Assembly: GCA_965285935.1 (NCBI GenBank)
Contig: OZ260661.1
Span: 56,606,001-56,670,000 of the forward strand
DNA: 64,000 nucleotides
Direction: 5' to 3'
Origin: Ophelia neglecta
Taxonomy: Eukaryota
The notes beneath the pieces are model-generated. The model made no database searches, was not told the DNA's origin, and saw only the letters and a list, made by a program, of their open reading frames with translations. This document shows positions 35,501-47,520 of this stretch, piece by piece (within the stretch, counting starts at the first letter, position 1; every line of letters starts with the position of its first letter). The position numbers and the translations under genes were made by a program.

Positions 35501-38500
35501 GCCTAACTATAATAGTTACCTTAGTTTGGGGGCTGGAGAGCATTCCGGAGGAGACCATGACAGCCCTTGTGCCAGCAGGTTTGTGAGTGCCCCGGCCACA
35601 GCCCGTGCAGCCTGGGTGGGAGTGGAGGGAGCCGGGAGGAGCTGCTGGGTGCGTCGCTGGCGGACAGGAGAGCCCACACTGGACTTCACCAGCAGCCCAA
35701 ATAACTCAGCCAGAGCACGCCCCAGTCGTGACGATGCCGACAACAGAGGCTTGATCTGTTTGATCTGTGCCTGCAGTATAGGAGACATTTTTCCTTTCTT
35801 GCTGGTCAGATCTGATGAGTGGCTTTCCTCAGTGTCCATTGGTATGCTGTGGTTTTCTGAAGTAGACAGTGATTCCATGGCTGCACTTACTCCATTACTA
35901 CCCAGCTCACCAACACCGCGATTCAGAGTCCCAGAACTTTCAGCTTTGTGGATTTCCTCTGGCTGGCTATCCTTGCCATCCAGCTTAATGTCTTTTGGGA
36001 GGATTCTTTCCAAATCAGCCTTGCCAAATTCACATCCCGGGGGTAGTATATCCTCGCTACAGAATGCTAACAGTACTGTGCTTTCCCATACAAGTGAAGT
36101 GTACAGTTTAGAGAGTCCATTGAGCACCTGGAGGCCTAGGTCTGACCCCCAATGACTTACAGAGATGCTTCTAATATCACTCTGAAATGAACAAATTGTA
36201 AAGATCAGACTCAACAGGTCAATCAGCATCAATTTACTCTTCATTGATTCTTTAGGCCCAAAATTTGTGCGTCTGCTTCAAAGATGAGATTTGCCCATCA
36301 GCGATTTTGATTGAAAACTATCAAAAAATGAAGAAACCAAGCACATGTAAATCTTGAATTAATATCATTATTAGGACCCAGCTTCACCAAAGCAAAATGG
36401 GAAAACAATTTCAATACACTTTTTTCAATTTTTCAACAGAGAGGAAGGTAACCCACCTGGCCAACTTTACAGACATGGGTGAACATAGTAATATAAGCAT
36501 GGGCAGCCGAGAGGGCATGAAGGAGAGGTGTGGACTGGGCCGAGAGTGTGGGATCAGAAACACCCTGGGAGGTGGCCAGCTCTCTCAGTAACACACTGCC
36601 GCCAGGCACGTCCAGGAACCGGTGTAAAGGCTCCAGGGAACTCAGCACTGTGTCCAGGTTCATCAGGCCCTGCTTCAACACCTGGGGCTCCTGTGATAAT
36701 GTCTGGAAGCAGATTGTTGCAGGTTCAATACTAACCAACTGAATAAATGCTAAAAGAATAAGCAATATTAAGAAAGAGCAAATCCTATTCTATTTTCTAT
36801 GACTCATCTTTGATCTCAGATCGGCAAATAGTTTCAAGAAAGTATCCTTGTCATATTTAATCATCATTGAATCAAAGGGGCAAGTTATTTGCTCTCTGGG
36901 TTCCTGTTCTGAGACTTAAATCTGCTTACCAGCACAGATTTACAGACAGCCGCCACAGCCTGACAAGAAGGTGAGGCTGGGAAATCAATGGGGAGGTTGG
37001 GCAGGCCCAATATCCCCATCAGAGGAATGAGGCCTTTCTGGGTGACAAACTCCCTACAGTGATCATCTGTGGTGTTGTTACTCAAAATGGCCTCCACAAA
37101 CTTCATCTGGAACAATATATGTATTTGTACATTATGAATGCATGAAAATGTTTGATGGAGATAATAACACCAGTGCAGTCAAACTTGGGACTGAAGCATC
37201 TCAGATCGGCAAATAGTTTCAAGAACTAGCTTGAGCTTGCGCTCAAATCTTGACATATTTAGTCATCATAGATAAATGGCTCATGATAAATCAAGTGCCT
37301 GTAGAACTTAATTATTGGATGCTCTAAAACACAAAATTAAAGGCCAGCAAAATAAGTTGATTGTCTAAACAGCGACTATAATGGGTCGCAAAACATAAGG
37401 GTATTACACTGAAATCAAAGTTCCTGAAAGCAAATTCAACATAGAAATCAGATTTCTTACCACATTGAGAACATAGTCCATCAATGGAATAGCAATCCGT
37501 TCCTGGGTACTGCTTGATCTGTGGACAAAATCAAATACAAATTATCTTATTTGAAATCCCCCGAAAAAAGGATATTATTTAATATTAACCTTGATTAATT
37601 TGAGATATTTACAGAAGAATCAGAAGTTTATGATATTACTGGCCCCCAGCCAGTGAAGTGGGCAGTGCTAGGTGTTGTAGTTAGTACATACGGCTGGTCT
37701 GTGGTGGTGGGGCTGTCGGCGTCTCCCTGTTTGGAGACGGTCCCACTGTGGGTGCTGGCCACGTCGTCCTCCTCATCCTCGTCGTCAGACGACGTGGCCT
37801 CGTTGTTGACACTGGCCCTCACAGTCAGGTTAGCAGCCTGCTCCGTTTTTGGCTGGGGCTTCTGGCAAACATAGCGCTTGTCTCGGCCCATCATACAGAC
37901 CTCCTCTAGCAACTAATGTGGACAAATAAAAAGTACATATAACATCAAATAAAAGATAAGGTGACGAATGAATAACCCTTGTATTAAATAACACCTCAGT
38001 AAGACTAATCAACGCCCTCATGTATATGTCAAGGTTGGGATTTGTCATCATTGGTATGTGTCTAAAGTCAACTAGACTAACACGGTCAACTCGTTAACTG
38101 CTAATTAATATTGATCTAGGCTGACCTTGATGATAGCCTTCGTGGCCTCTGTCCTCAGAGAGGGCTGATGTCTCATCAACTCATCCATAGCACTGCCCAG
38201 GCTGCTGGCTGTGTCCCCTGGAATCAAACAAGTACACTATACAAGCCATACATGAAGATCTGGAATCGTGTGTTCAAAAGAAACTGGCTATGTTCTTATA
38301 TCTGAACTATACAAAGCTGGCATATTTTCTCTTAAATCTGGTATGTAAGACTTACCAGGAGGATCTGAGCTCCTTCGCCGTCTCATGGCTGGTAGGTAGT
38401 CAGGGGAGAGAAGCACCTTGAAGAGTCTGTCAAAAGGCTTACACTGGACAAACGCCTCCAAACCCCGGTTGTTCAGACACAACGCACTAAACACATTGGG

Positions 38501-41500
38501 AAGGGAGGCCAACACCTCACGTGTGGCGGGCACCTGCAACATCAAGATTGAAGATAAATTTTAAGACAAAACTGTCAAGAGGCAAAAAAAAATATCTTAC
38601 AAATCAGCAAGCCCATTCAAAGCTTCCATAGTTGTTGTCATTATACGTGCAATATTTTTTTTTTTTTTGCAGCTGAACTGTTTCTATTTTCAGAAGAAAA
38701 AAGACCAACACTAGGACAATGAGCTTACATCTTTGACTAGCAGAGCTTGTAGAACCACATCTGTCAGTCCATTGTCTTGTAGAGAGGACAGCAAGGAGGG
38801 CTCTTGGAATACATAGACTGTTACCACATCTGTAGCTGGAAAACACATAGCAACAATTAACATAGCTTGAAAATACTGTGTAGGCCAACATCCAAATGAG
38901 CATGGTATATAAATAATATATTTATAGCCAATACATTAGACCAGTTGTAAATATGCAGGGAAGGTGAAACACACATAATTTGCAACCCCCTCATCAACAT
39001 GCTATTCTCCCTATGTCTGCTGCACACGACTGCCCCAATGAGTGGGGGTACTGCGAAAAACAAGGTCACCTCTCCTGTCTCCATTTAACTAGAATCACTC
39101 TTTAATATGTAATGCTCAGGGACAATAAATAATACTGCCAATTACAAGAAAATACAGTGTAACTAAAACTTACCCAGTAAGAACAGAGAAGGACCGTAGT
39201 ATTCAGAATTACTTATTATATGCTTCAGAGACCTTGGCAGGGACCCATCCATCACTGAAAATAACACAATTCATTACCAGTATAGAACATATGTCAAGAG
39301 ACAGATCAACTGATCTTGTTGAGGTTAAAACATCACATAATAAATTTGCCATTATTTTATTTAAAAAAAAAGCTGTTTGTAATAAAGTAACTTACAATGC
39401 CGAATACTGTCTGAAAAGGCTGGGTCAGGAATTGCTTTCTTCAAAAAATTGAGCATTGATTTCAAAAGGGCAGCCCTTTGTGGAAAACATACAGGAACTG
39501 GAAGTTGAAGATAAAAGTAAGAGGTCAGTTCACAGGTTATTAGCAGTGAATATATAATGTGGGACTAAACATACTATATGCCTCTACTGTCAGGTGGAGG
39601 AACATATATAAATATTAATTAACAGTCAAAGGGGATCATTAAGCCAGAGGAAAACAAGTAGACAATAAGAGTAAGCCAGAGAGTTATGATCAAATACATA
39701 ATGGAAAATGACAGTAGATATATAATTTGTTGCATCTGACAAACATATAGACAAGTCACCTTTGCCGTCGGCAGACTTGATGGGCTGGAGTAGCACCTGG
39801 TCATCACTCTCACCAGATGTGGACGCCCCATGGTTGACGTCACTGCCACCTGCCTCCGTCTCCATGGCAACCTCGGTGGTGCCTCCTGGTGACATTGGTA
39901 ATGTGTCAATGCTCATCACAGACTCGCTTCTCTTAGGTCGGATCACAAATGGCTGCTCTTTTCTACAAATGTCTACCTCGTGCTACAGATAAATGGGTCT
40001 AATTAATCCATCTTGATATAAAATAATCAATTTATAGTATCTTTAATTCTGCAATTCCTTTAGTCTAATATTTTTTGTTGGTTTTAAATGAAGAGGAAAG
40101 TGCCATACCTCTAATCTATTGATAAATGCTGATAGGCCGCCATGCGATTGGAAAGCCTGCATGTCTAAGTTGGTAATGAGATCAACCACTCGAACAGCTC
40201 TGGTTACAAACTACAAACATATCAATTGAATATTACACAAGTTAGAACATCAAAATGTTTATTAATGAAGGAAACTTAATGGGTTAGTGATACACAGTGA
40301 AACCTGCCTATTCCAAACGCTTGAACAACACAATGTACACATTAAATGTTAAATAGCCAAACCACCTCTTCAATCAGAGCAGTATTTTAAGGTGGTCTTA
40401 ATTCACAGGTTTTGCCGTTTTTTAAATAATCTGTACTGTACTGTACTGTACTGTACTGTACAAGTTCAACTTACAGTAATGTGTTCTTGTCCATCTCCAA
40501 ACCAGTTAATAACTTTAAGTAGTGATTCCATCATACCACAGGAGACAAGGGCTTCTCCACCTGATACAAGAAACCGCAAGTCCAGCTTAATGTTAACTTT
40601 ATATTACCCCAAAACAAATACACATGGTACAAGAAAAATACATCATACACATCAGCAAGACTAATCAAAGCTTCCATATTGAAATCAAGGATATTTGTTG
40701 TCATCATCATAGGTGTAACTGTACAAGAGTCATTAAGTGGGCCTATTTTAATTTATTGGGCATTTGATATTTCACATAGTAATTTGGTTAGAAAAAAACC
40801 TTGTCTTACCATTCTCATAGCTAGCAAGATGATAAAGAAAGGAGAACAAAGCCGTTGCAAATGGCTGGAAGAAGGGCTCCAAATCAGGTTCTGAAGAAAT
40901 AAAAAAGTCCAGCAATTCAATTTATAATTCAACTAAGATATTGCCATTTTATCTAAAATAAGTTTTAGGACCTTAGTCTTAGTTTGTGTCAAAGAGGAGA
41001 CTTAATATATGTCATGCACTGGTATGGCTAAACATACCTATTTTTTTTTTTTATCGTAGTATCAATGTAGGTTCAATATTGAATATGTTTTAAACATAAA
41101 TATAATAATTGAAGACTAATTTCCATGACTTTCTGTTATAGTTTAGATGAAAGGTATTATGTAATTCTTAATTAACCCACATTGCCCCTGTCATTATAAA
41201 TAAGTATGTTTGATATAAGCACAAAAAGTTCAATTATGCTTGGTCTGATTGTCTACAACAAAAGGAGACTGTACCGGTCATATGTTGAATACAGGTTCTG
41301 ACTAATACAGGCAGGAAGCCGTGGTAGGAGGCAGCACCTGTAGCCTCAATAATGTTGTTTAATCTGAAAGAAGCAGTGCATTGCTAGTCATCTACATAAT
41401 TGATCTAGATATACACCAAAAAATTTAATACTATAAATTAAGTGATCATAGAAAATAAGCAAAAGTTCTCTAATACCTCGGATGCCTGTCCAGATTGATG

Positions 41501-44500
41501 ATGGAGGTCAAAGTTCTTAAAGCTGTGGCTTTTATATCCTAGGGAGCAGAAACAGACGGGTGAATTGATTAATACAGGCAAGGATTACACCACCTTAAAT
41601 TCACCCTTTACAACTCTCTTTTCAATGAAATCCCTGTCAAAAGACCAGCAAAAATGGCCAAAATAGCCCTTTTCAAAACGCTTTACTATACCAGCCATGT
41701 ATTTCAACCCCTGGTGAAAGATCACCCCTCTCATATATACAAGACCACTTATTTGGTGGGTCTCTCACGAGGGGTTCCACTGTACTACCTCTTGATACTA
41801 CTATACCGTATTGAAAATTTCATTGTTTATATCCACTGTTATTTTTTAACAAATATAAGAGGACATACATACCATTAGTTGCTCATTTTTAACCTCCAAT
41901 ATATCAACTAGCTCTTCAATGAAACCGTTGTACAGCAAAGTGTTCCCATTTTCTTGCATTGCATTTGAATACACTGAAATCAATATTTCAAAATTCAAAT
42001 ACACATAGAAAAACACTGACCTGCAATTAACAGCAACTCAATATATTCAGAAAACTAAATTGATGACTTTGTTGAATTGGCTTATAAAGAAAACAAGTAA
42101 AGAAAGCATCTAACACTCCCTTAAAATTATTAAAACATTATGTTACACAATTTTAAACATTATTTCTATTTGATGTTCTGCAATAAGTGGTGTATTATTA
42201 AATGTAGGTAAGGTTAGAGCACTGACCTAGAACAGAAATAGCCTGCAGTCGAGCCTGGACACACTGCAGTCGCTTCTCATTTTTAGAAAAAGCCTGGGCT
42301 AGCCTTATATGTGTAAAAAGCAGCATCTGAAATAAGAGACAAGGGCCATTTAATGATTTATTGTACTCCTACAAGACAAGTTTGAATTTGAGCAGGTTTT
42401 GATTTTGTTGTTGCAAACTTGTCAAAATATAACTTCACCCATATGAATAAATAATGATAAACCAGGGTAATAGAACAATGAGTTCTCCATCTTACCTGTT
42501 TGTCAGGCGGCACATTTTGGGTGGCCATCAAATCCTCCATTATGTGGGCCGCCAGCTTGGGCATCTTATCTACATTCTCTATGTGTATACATGATAATAC
42601 ACTCGTGGGCTGTAAACATAAATAGGTGGATATTGAAAATCTTCAAGCAACAGCCGTAGGAACCAGAAATTAGACAGCTATGATTGCTAACATAAATCAT
42701 TCAAGCTATAAGAGAATTTAAAAAAGTTTCTCAAACCTTTTTTGAATTTTTTTCTTCTTTTGCTTCAGCATAGTATTCAAAGTGCAAGGTGGTAGCACTT
42801 GAAGGGTATTTCTAGAAAAAAGGTAGAATTTGGCACATTTGTGAAGAGAATATTCTTAAATTATACGATACATATTTCGAGTTCACTTATTCGCACTTAA
42901 TAGAACTTCAAGTGAAAATGTGGCTTCCGTTTAGCAGTATGAAACATCTCTGACATGCTCTATTAAAAATGAACCTGAACCCCTGAAGAATGACTCAGGA
43001 TACCATCCTATATTGGCTGTGCCTGATTATGAAGGTAGTATGCACTCAGTTGTGCAGCCATCAGCTACCTCAGAGCTCATTTTCCTGATCACACTAGCTC
43101 GTGATCTATTCTTAGGTGAAATTTTTCGTCTTAATACTTACTGCAACAGAGGCATCTTGACAGCATTCAGCCAAACCAAAATCATTCTCTTTTCCTCCCC
43201 AACTCTATAAAAGTGCAAAACTTATTACTGTCTAAAATATATTAGGCTTATTTTCATGTACACATATAAGCAAGTTTAGTACATTACAAATTGAATGATA
43301 AAACCATCTATATTTACATGTTATTTTTTTTTCTTTAATTGCAATTTAATATTGATTCTTAATCTGGGGATCTAACTAACCTCAGCTAGATGTGTCAATC
43401 TCACAACAAGCCCTTGTTTCTTTTCCATGCTCAGTCTGGTAATAAAGTTACTCCGCTTGCTAAAATATAAAGATCTTAGTTAACCATGTTCCATTTATAT
43501 ACCTGTTTTGGGGCGGAGTCTGTACAGTTTTAGATCTTTCTGATCTGTCTGTCTGCTAACCGTGGGGCCCAACCAATCAGAAACAATTGTGACTTTGATG
43601 ATCACATACATGCAGTCCCCTGGCTAAATGTATTTGAGCTGGCTTGTCCAGTTGGCTTTTGCACAATGAAAGGTCCTAAATATCTAAAACTCTCTATGGT
43701 TTATTTAGTTTAGGGTGGAGGGGAAAGATAAGATTTTTTCCATTCTTCTTCCCACCACTTACTCACAGGACCATTTGTTACACCAAGTTTGGTAACTCTG
43801 TTTGATATCTTCTTTTTTTTTGGTATGAAGCTAAATCAAATCTCATTAACTCAAGTGAATCTGGCTTTCACCAAAACAGGAGTAAACACATATACTTTAT
43901 CTTGAGTAATGCCTCTTCCAGGCTGGTAGAATAATATTTATGAACTTTTATGATTGCCCAAAAAATATTATTTTGTATGGAATGATTCTTAAATGCTTGG
44001 ATGCAAATAGTAAAACCAAAAGAATGGACCATTCTTAACTTGACTAGGCTTACTGCTCTGTGGTTTTAATTTTTTAAAGAGAAAGTGAAGGTAAAAACAA
44101 GGAGTTGAATAATGGCATGCCAGGAGTATTTGAAGGATATGAAAGGTTTGAGTGATTGCCCTACAACTCACCTGAAGACATAGAGCAGGTTTAACACGCC
44201 CAACACCACTGTCATGTCACTTGACGCCAGAAGGGTAGTCAGATGTTCCATGGAATTGTACAAGTGACGGGTGAAACTGTGCTCTATCAGCAAGGCGGTG
44301 AAGTGTAAAACCTGAAGATCACAAAATAATTAACATCATTAATTCAATCAATAAATATTGAGCAACTGTAGTTGAACATGGGGCAAAAGAATAATCTATT
44401 CAACAAAAATTGCTGGGAAGTTGGGACCTACCAAAAGGAGCATATCTTTTTGTTTTTCATTGCCTGGAATATCACATGGCAGCACCCAGCCTCCTTCTCT

Positions 44501-45380
44501 TTCTTTCTTACAGGCATTTTCCAGTATCTCATCAAAGATGTCAAGAACATCAGCCCAGTTATACAGTTCACACTGAAATTTATCACAAGAGGCATGAGCA
44601 TAATATTAAGAATTTATAAAATAGTCAAGTCATCACCATCTCACATAAACATAGATAAATTAATCAAAAATACATAACCCCTCATAAAAAGTAGATTTAT
44701 ATATTATTCATAAACACATTCAACTCTTTCAGTGGTATTGGAGGGAAATACTTCTGAATACAATATACACTATAATAATTATATAATACAATATACAATA
44801 ATGCAATCCAAAATGGATACATAATATCAATGTTATCAATGCACCAGGGAAAGTGTTTAGAATTAATCTTACCTTTCCAAATATCCATGTTTTTATTTGC
44901 TTTAGCTCAGTTAGCAATTCTTCTCTGCTACATGCCTTAATCTTTGCAATCAGATTTTTGCATTCAGTTGGCTAAAATGGAAAAAAAAATCATTCATAGC
45001 TATTGCTGCAACACACAATGTTATGAACTAGTGTTTCATTAACACCAGAACTTGCATTTGGTAGGTAATTTAATACCTGGGGACACATTGTCTACGGGTG
45101 TGGTGTGCTCCAACGACATGGATTTCCTGCATTTAGTGTGAAATATAAATTGTAATTTTATTTTAAACTGGAAGACTAAGGATTTTGAAAAAGGCTTTGT
45201 CAGCAGCTATCTATACCCTAAGTCATAAGTACTAATAACCCTGATAAACAAAGCCTAAGGAATATTACTTAGATGCAAGATCATTACATCAATTACCACA
45301 AAAATATACAATCACAAGTTTTTTCATATACTTACCACTTCGGAGGCGCTCTTCTTGAGTTTGCTTCTGTCAATTTTCAT
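8921..45380 (-). CDS. HUWE1: E3 ubiquitin-protein ligase HUWE1 (Mule/ARF-BP1), full length, about 74 coding exons
   Basis: Start [15 protein letters not shown] (45380-45336), then [12 protein letters not shown]...KTWIFGK and [11 protein letters not shown]. Armadillo-repeat exons follow. [18 protein letters not shown] (33107-33242), [19 protein letters not shown] (about 32237-32330), [17 protein letters not shown] (29852-29967), acidic tract (22625-22788) and UBM repeats [14 protein letters not shown] (18637-18827). The HECT domain ends LPCAHTC-FNQLDLP...[10 protein letters not shown] with TAA at 8921-8923. Internal exon boundaries are approximate where not stated. Confidence 0.97.
11130..11259 (-). 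ncRNA. Intronic H/ACA box snoRNA, family A copy 1 (partly degenerate)
   Basis: Hairpin, H box (AUAAGA), hairpin, then ACA plus 3 nt. Homologous to copies 2-4; the 5' pocket strand is diverged. Confidence 0.7.
12223..12347 (-). ncRNA. Intronic H/ACA box snoRNA, family A copy 2
   Basis: GCACUU/AAGUGC lower stem, pockets UCUUAAU/UUACCUC and UUAUUC/UUAUUCC, H box AUAAUA, ACA box; both pockets lie 14 nt from their box. Confidence 0.88.
12893..13019 (-). ncRNA. Intronic H/ACA box snoRNA, family A copy 3
   Basis: Pockets and ACA box conserved, apical stems diverged, H box imperfect (AAAACU). Confidence 0.72.
14480..14604 (-). ncRNA. Intronic H/ACA box snoRNA, family A copy 4
   Basis: UGCACUUUCUUAAUGUUUGCUGGC...GCCGGUGGAACUUACCUCAAGUGCU-AUAAUA-ACCUGGUAGUUAUUCCCCUG...CAGGGUUAUUCCCUAUCAG-ACA-CUU; canonical architecture. 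Confidence 0.88.
17335..17949. mobile_element. GGGCTATTCCATTT-family MITE (Harbinger/Tourist-like), interrupted by the hAT element
   Basis: GAGCTATTCCATTT ... AAATGGAACAGCCC ends; related copies near 21100, 22906-23103 and 26497-26670. Confidence 0.6.
17389..17817. mobile_element. Non-autonomous hAT element
   Basis: TAGG...CCTA imperfect 20-bp TIRs, 8-bp TSD GTTAAAAT (17381-17388, 17818-17825), subterminal CGATA repeats. Confidence 0.85.
24040..24955. repeat. Minisatellite with a 21-24 bp unit (AACTGGCTATCAGTGAGTGTAAGT)
   Basis: About 40 units, homogeneous core near 24298-24484; abuts the HUWE1 donor at 24955. Confidence 0.95.
25399..25504 (-). ncRNA. Candidate intronic C/D box snoRNA, U21/U18-like antisense elements
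   Basis: Terminal UGGCCA stem, C box CUGAUGA and D box CUGA. UUUAAGACGGGU and UGUGUUUCAA are antisense to the conserved 28S segment ACCCGUCUUGAAACACG (recalled). Confidence 0.5.
26497..26670. mobile_element. GGGCTATTCCATTT-family MITE
   Basis: GGGCTATTCCATTT ... AAATGGATTAGCAC imperfect TIRs, G/C runs inside. Confidence 0.6.
27227..27404. mobile_element. Tc1/mariner-type MITE
   Basis: TA-CAGTGAAACCTG ... CAGGTTTAACTG-TA with internal GACCAC repeats; relatives at about 40295-40416 and 41636-41783. Confidence 0.8.
27676..27836 (-). mobile_element. Solo LTR with internal tRNA-like sequence (TRIM-type)
   Basis: TGTAACA...TGTTACA ends, 4-bp TSD TTTG; on the minus strand an A-box-like TGGTAGAG and a B box GAGTTCAAACC. 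Confidence 0.75.
33831..33907 (-). ncRNA. Intronic C/D box RNA, family B copy 1
   Basis: AUC/GAU terminal stem, C box AUGAUGA, D box CUGA, guide AAACUAUUUGCCGAU, internal GCAA-capped hairpin. Confidence 0.8.
34269..34494. repeat. 7 x 32-bp tandem repeat spanning a HUWE1 exon-intron junction
   Basis: Unit TGTAACCCACCTTATGGGTGTGTATGAGGTAT at 34269, 34301, 34333, 34365, 34397, 34429 and 34461. Confidence 0.95.
34748..34822 (-). ncRNA. Intronic C/D box RNA, family B copy 2
   Basis: Same boxes and identical guide as copy 1. Confidence 0.8.
35132..35205 (-). ncRNA. Intronic C/D box RNA, family B copy 3
   Basis: Same boxes and guide; the internal loop is GUAA, still a GNRA tetraloop. Confidence 0.8.
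36813..36870 (-). ncRNA. Intronic C/D box RNA, family B copy 4 (internal hairpin deleted)
   Basis: C box, D box and guide intact; about 20 nt central deletion. Confidence 0.65.
37198..37273 (-). ncRNA. Intronic C/D box RNA, family B copy 5
   Basis: Same boxes and guide; perfect UUGAGC-GCAA-GCUCAA hairpin. Confidence 0.8.
40431..40460. repeat. (CTGTA)6 microsatellite
   Basis: Read directly from the sequence. Confidence 0.9.
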
Positions 45381-47276
45381 TTTGATTGTGTCAATTTATT
45401 GTTAATACTTGATTTATGATGAGCTGTACAACTCAAAGACAATCCTCAAGTGATGTTTGTTTCTGTGGAAATAAAGGGTGGAATGATAATATAATACTGT
45501 CTCCGCCAATGGCCAAATTAGCTTACAGGACATTTGACCCTGTAAGCCCAGAGTTATTACAGGGCCGAAAAGGACTTTTACAGGAATAAAATACATTACT
45601 TGTATATCTGAAAGTCAAACAACCTACAGCAGCACTTAATTGAAAACTGCAGGTAGCATTATGTCAGGAGTATATCATATATACAATAACACTTTCATCT
45701 TTCATCTACAAACTATCACCTATCAACAAGAAATTTCAGCTACGTTTGTACTGCCTCAGCCATCTGGATGTTAGACATCGATCTAGGCTCGATACTGATG
45801 CTCTATCTGCCATCTTTATTTGCAGAAAAAAAGCTTAACAGATTGATCCATTGGGGAAAGTGCACAGAGAGCACTGACAGAGAGTTTCAACAGAAAGTCT
45901 CAACATATACTGCAATGATCTGGTCATAAAAGTTATATAATGCTCTGCTTTAAATGCTGAGATAGTGACTGAATATTTAACAATTAAAGTGATTGGGACG
46001 GCAAATATTTTTAAGATTGCCTTAAATGCTTCTCTATTCACTAGCTTATATGAGTCATCATTCTTCAACTACTCTGTGTATGTTAGGCCCTCCCCTCCTC
46101 CCCCCCCCCCCAAAAAAAAAAGAAAAAGGTCTAAAATGCACTTGAAATAGTCTATTTTGAGTATGCCAATGTCTGAGGGCAGCTTCATCATAATTCTCAT
46201 AAAAACTTTGAAGCTGACATGTTTTAGCCTAGGTCAGCTGAGAGACAGGAAACATAGTATATATATTTGGCATAATGGGGCAAATATTGCCATACCTTAA
46301 TACATGTTCAAACATTAAGTATTTCAGTCTCAAAATAATGACCTGCATAGCCTATGCTGCTTTTGGTAAATGAATATAATCTTGATAACTGTATCTTTTA
46401 TTCAATCACCTTTATGCCTAACAGGTGCCTTGACCTTTGCCTATGACAAGTTGGCTGCAACAAAATGTTACAGGCTTACAGCATGGTATGAAACTGATGT
46501 TAGCAACAGAATGGGTTGTTCTGTCCAAGAGACGACAGTAGCAATTTCTTTCAAGCAATTGATATCATATGACTTCTTTTTAAAAAATCTCATACTTATC
46601 CAAAATAATTAAGAATAAATATTAAAGAATAAACACATGATAAAGCATCATTCAGATATTCCAAAAGGAATGTAGTTGGTACTGTAAGACATTTTTGTGT
46701 GCTAATGTCAGCAAAGTCTGTCAAACGTTCCATCTAAAACTGACATAAGCAACAATTATATTTAAATTAAACAAGTTCCATGACAATATCTTTAGGTGTT
46801 TCATTTTCTTTTTACAGTTGGAATAATGTGTGCACAGTGAATAGCCAATACCAACAAGATTGATTCTGAGAAATTAATATAAAGTTAGCAGCTGGGAGTT
46901 AGTGGTGCACTCTTCTGTGGAATATGTCAGTAGTCAGACTGACCAGTGTGCTCAAGTTCTCTGCATGACTGAAATATCATTTTTACGAAAATTCAATGCG
47001 AGAAAATTCAATGTGAGAAAATCCATTTCTCTGCCTTAGGTGACCTCTGCCACCTTGACTTCACCCTTAAGGACAAACAGTTACCATTAAATCAACATGC
47101 ATTTAAACAGCAGAAGACAAGGTTATAGGCACAACCAGCAGGTGTGTGTATTACAGTAGAGGAGTCTGTCAGGCATGAGAATAAGAAGCTATGAGGCAAA
47201 ACTCCCATTAAGCCTTACCCAAACCGAACATATTGGCATGCGCACATGTGTGTGTGTGTTTTGTAAGGTAAGGTGT

Positions 47277-47520
47277 TGTAACACCGGTGGTAGCAGAGCC
47301 TCCCCACTTCCCGAGACAAAATTCCTGACGGCTGCCCAACGCTACAAGCTGGCTATCACCATTGACCAACCGGGATTGATTTCAATGCATTTTGTACGCC
47401 ACAAGTAGGCCCTACCCTGTTCGCCTTTCTCCATTTCTATCAGCTTCAGTTTAATACACACCCCGGGACTAGGGACATGTGTTTAGACAATTCCTTAGGA
47501 AAATGACCAGACAGGTTACT
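47277..47520. mobile_element. Degenerate solo LTR-like element
   Basis: Begins TGTAACACCGGTGGT like the 27676 element, ends GTTACT; near-TSD GTGT/GTGC. Confidence 0.4.

Noticed and set aside
35526-36155. Long plus-strand ORFs (also 15476-15985, 28737-29267, 19068-19463)
   Set aside because: Antisense shadows of GC-rich HUWE1 exons.
33831-37273. Regularly recurring repeats as a CRISPR array or transposon
   Set aside because: Eukaryotic gene; the spacers are exons and introns; no cas genes, TIRs or TSDs; C/D boxes explain the unit.
43030-43072. Minus-strand hairpin beginning UGAGGUAG (let-7 seed), tempting because vertebrate HUWE1 hosts let-7f-2/miR-98
   Set aside because: Only 43 nt with a large asymmetric bulge, and the sequence after the seed does not resemble let-7; I saw no true let-7 mature sequence in the window.
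45077-45126. 50-nt AG/GT-bounded candidate poison exon in the first coding intron
   Set aside because: Weak polypyrimidine tract; no other support.
45414-45596. 60-aa uORF before the HUWE1 ATG
   Set aside because: A strong acceptor at 45463-45465 makes its start intronic.
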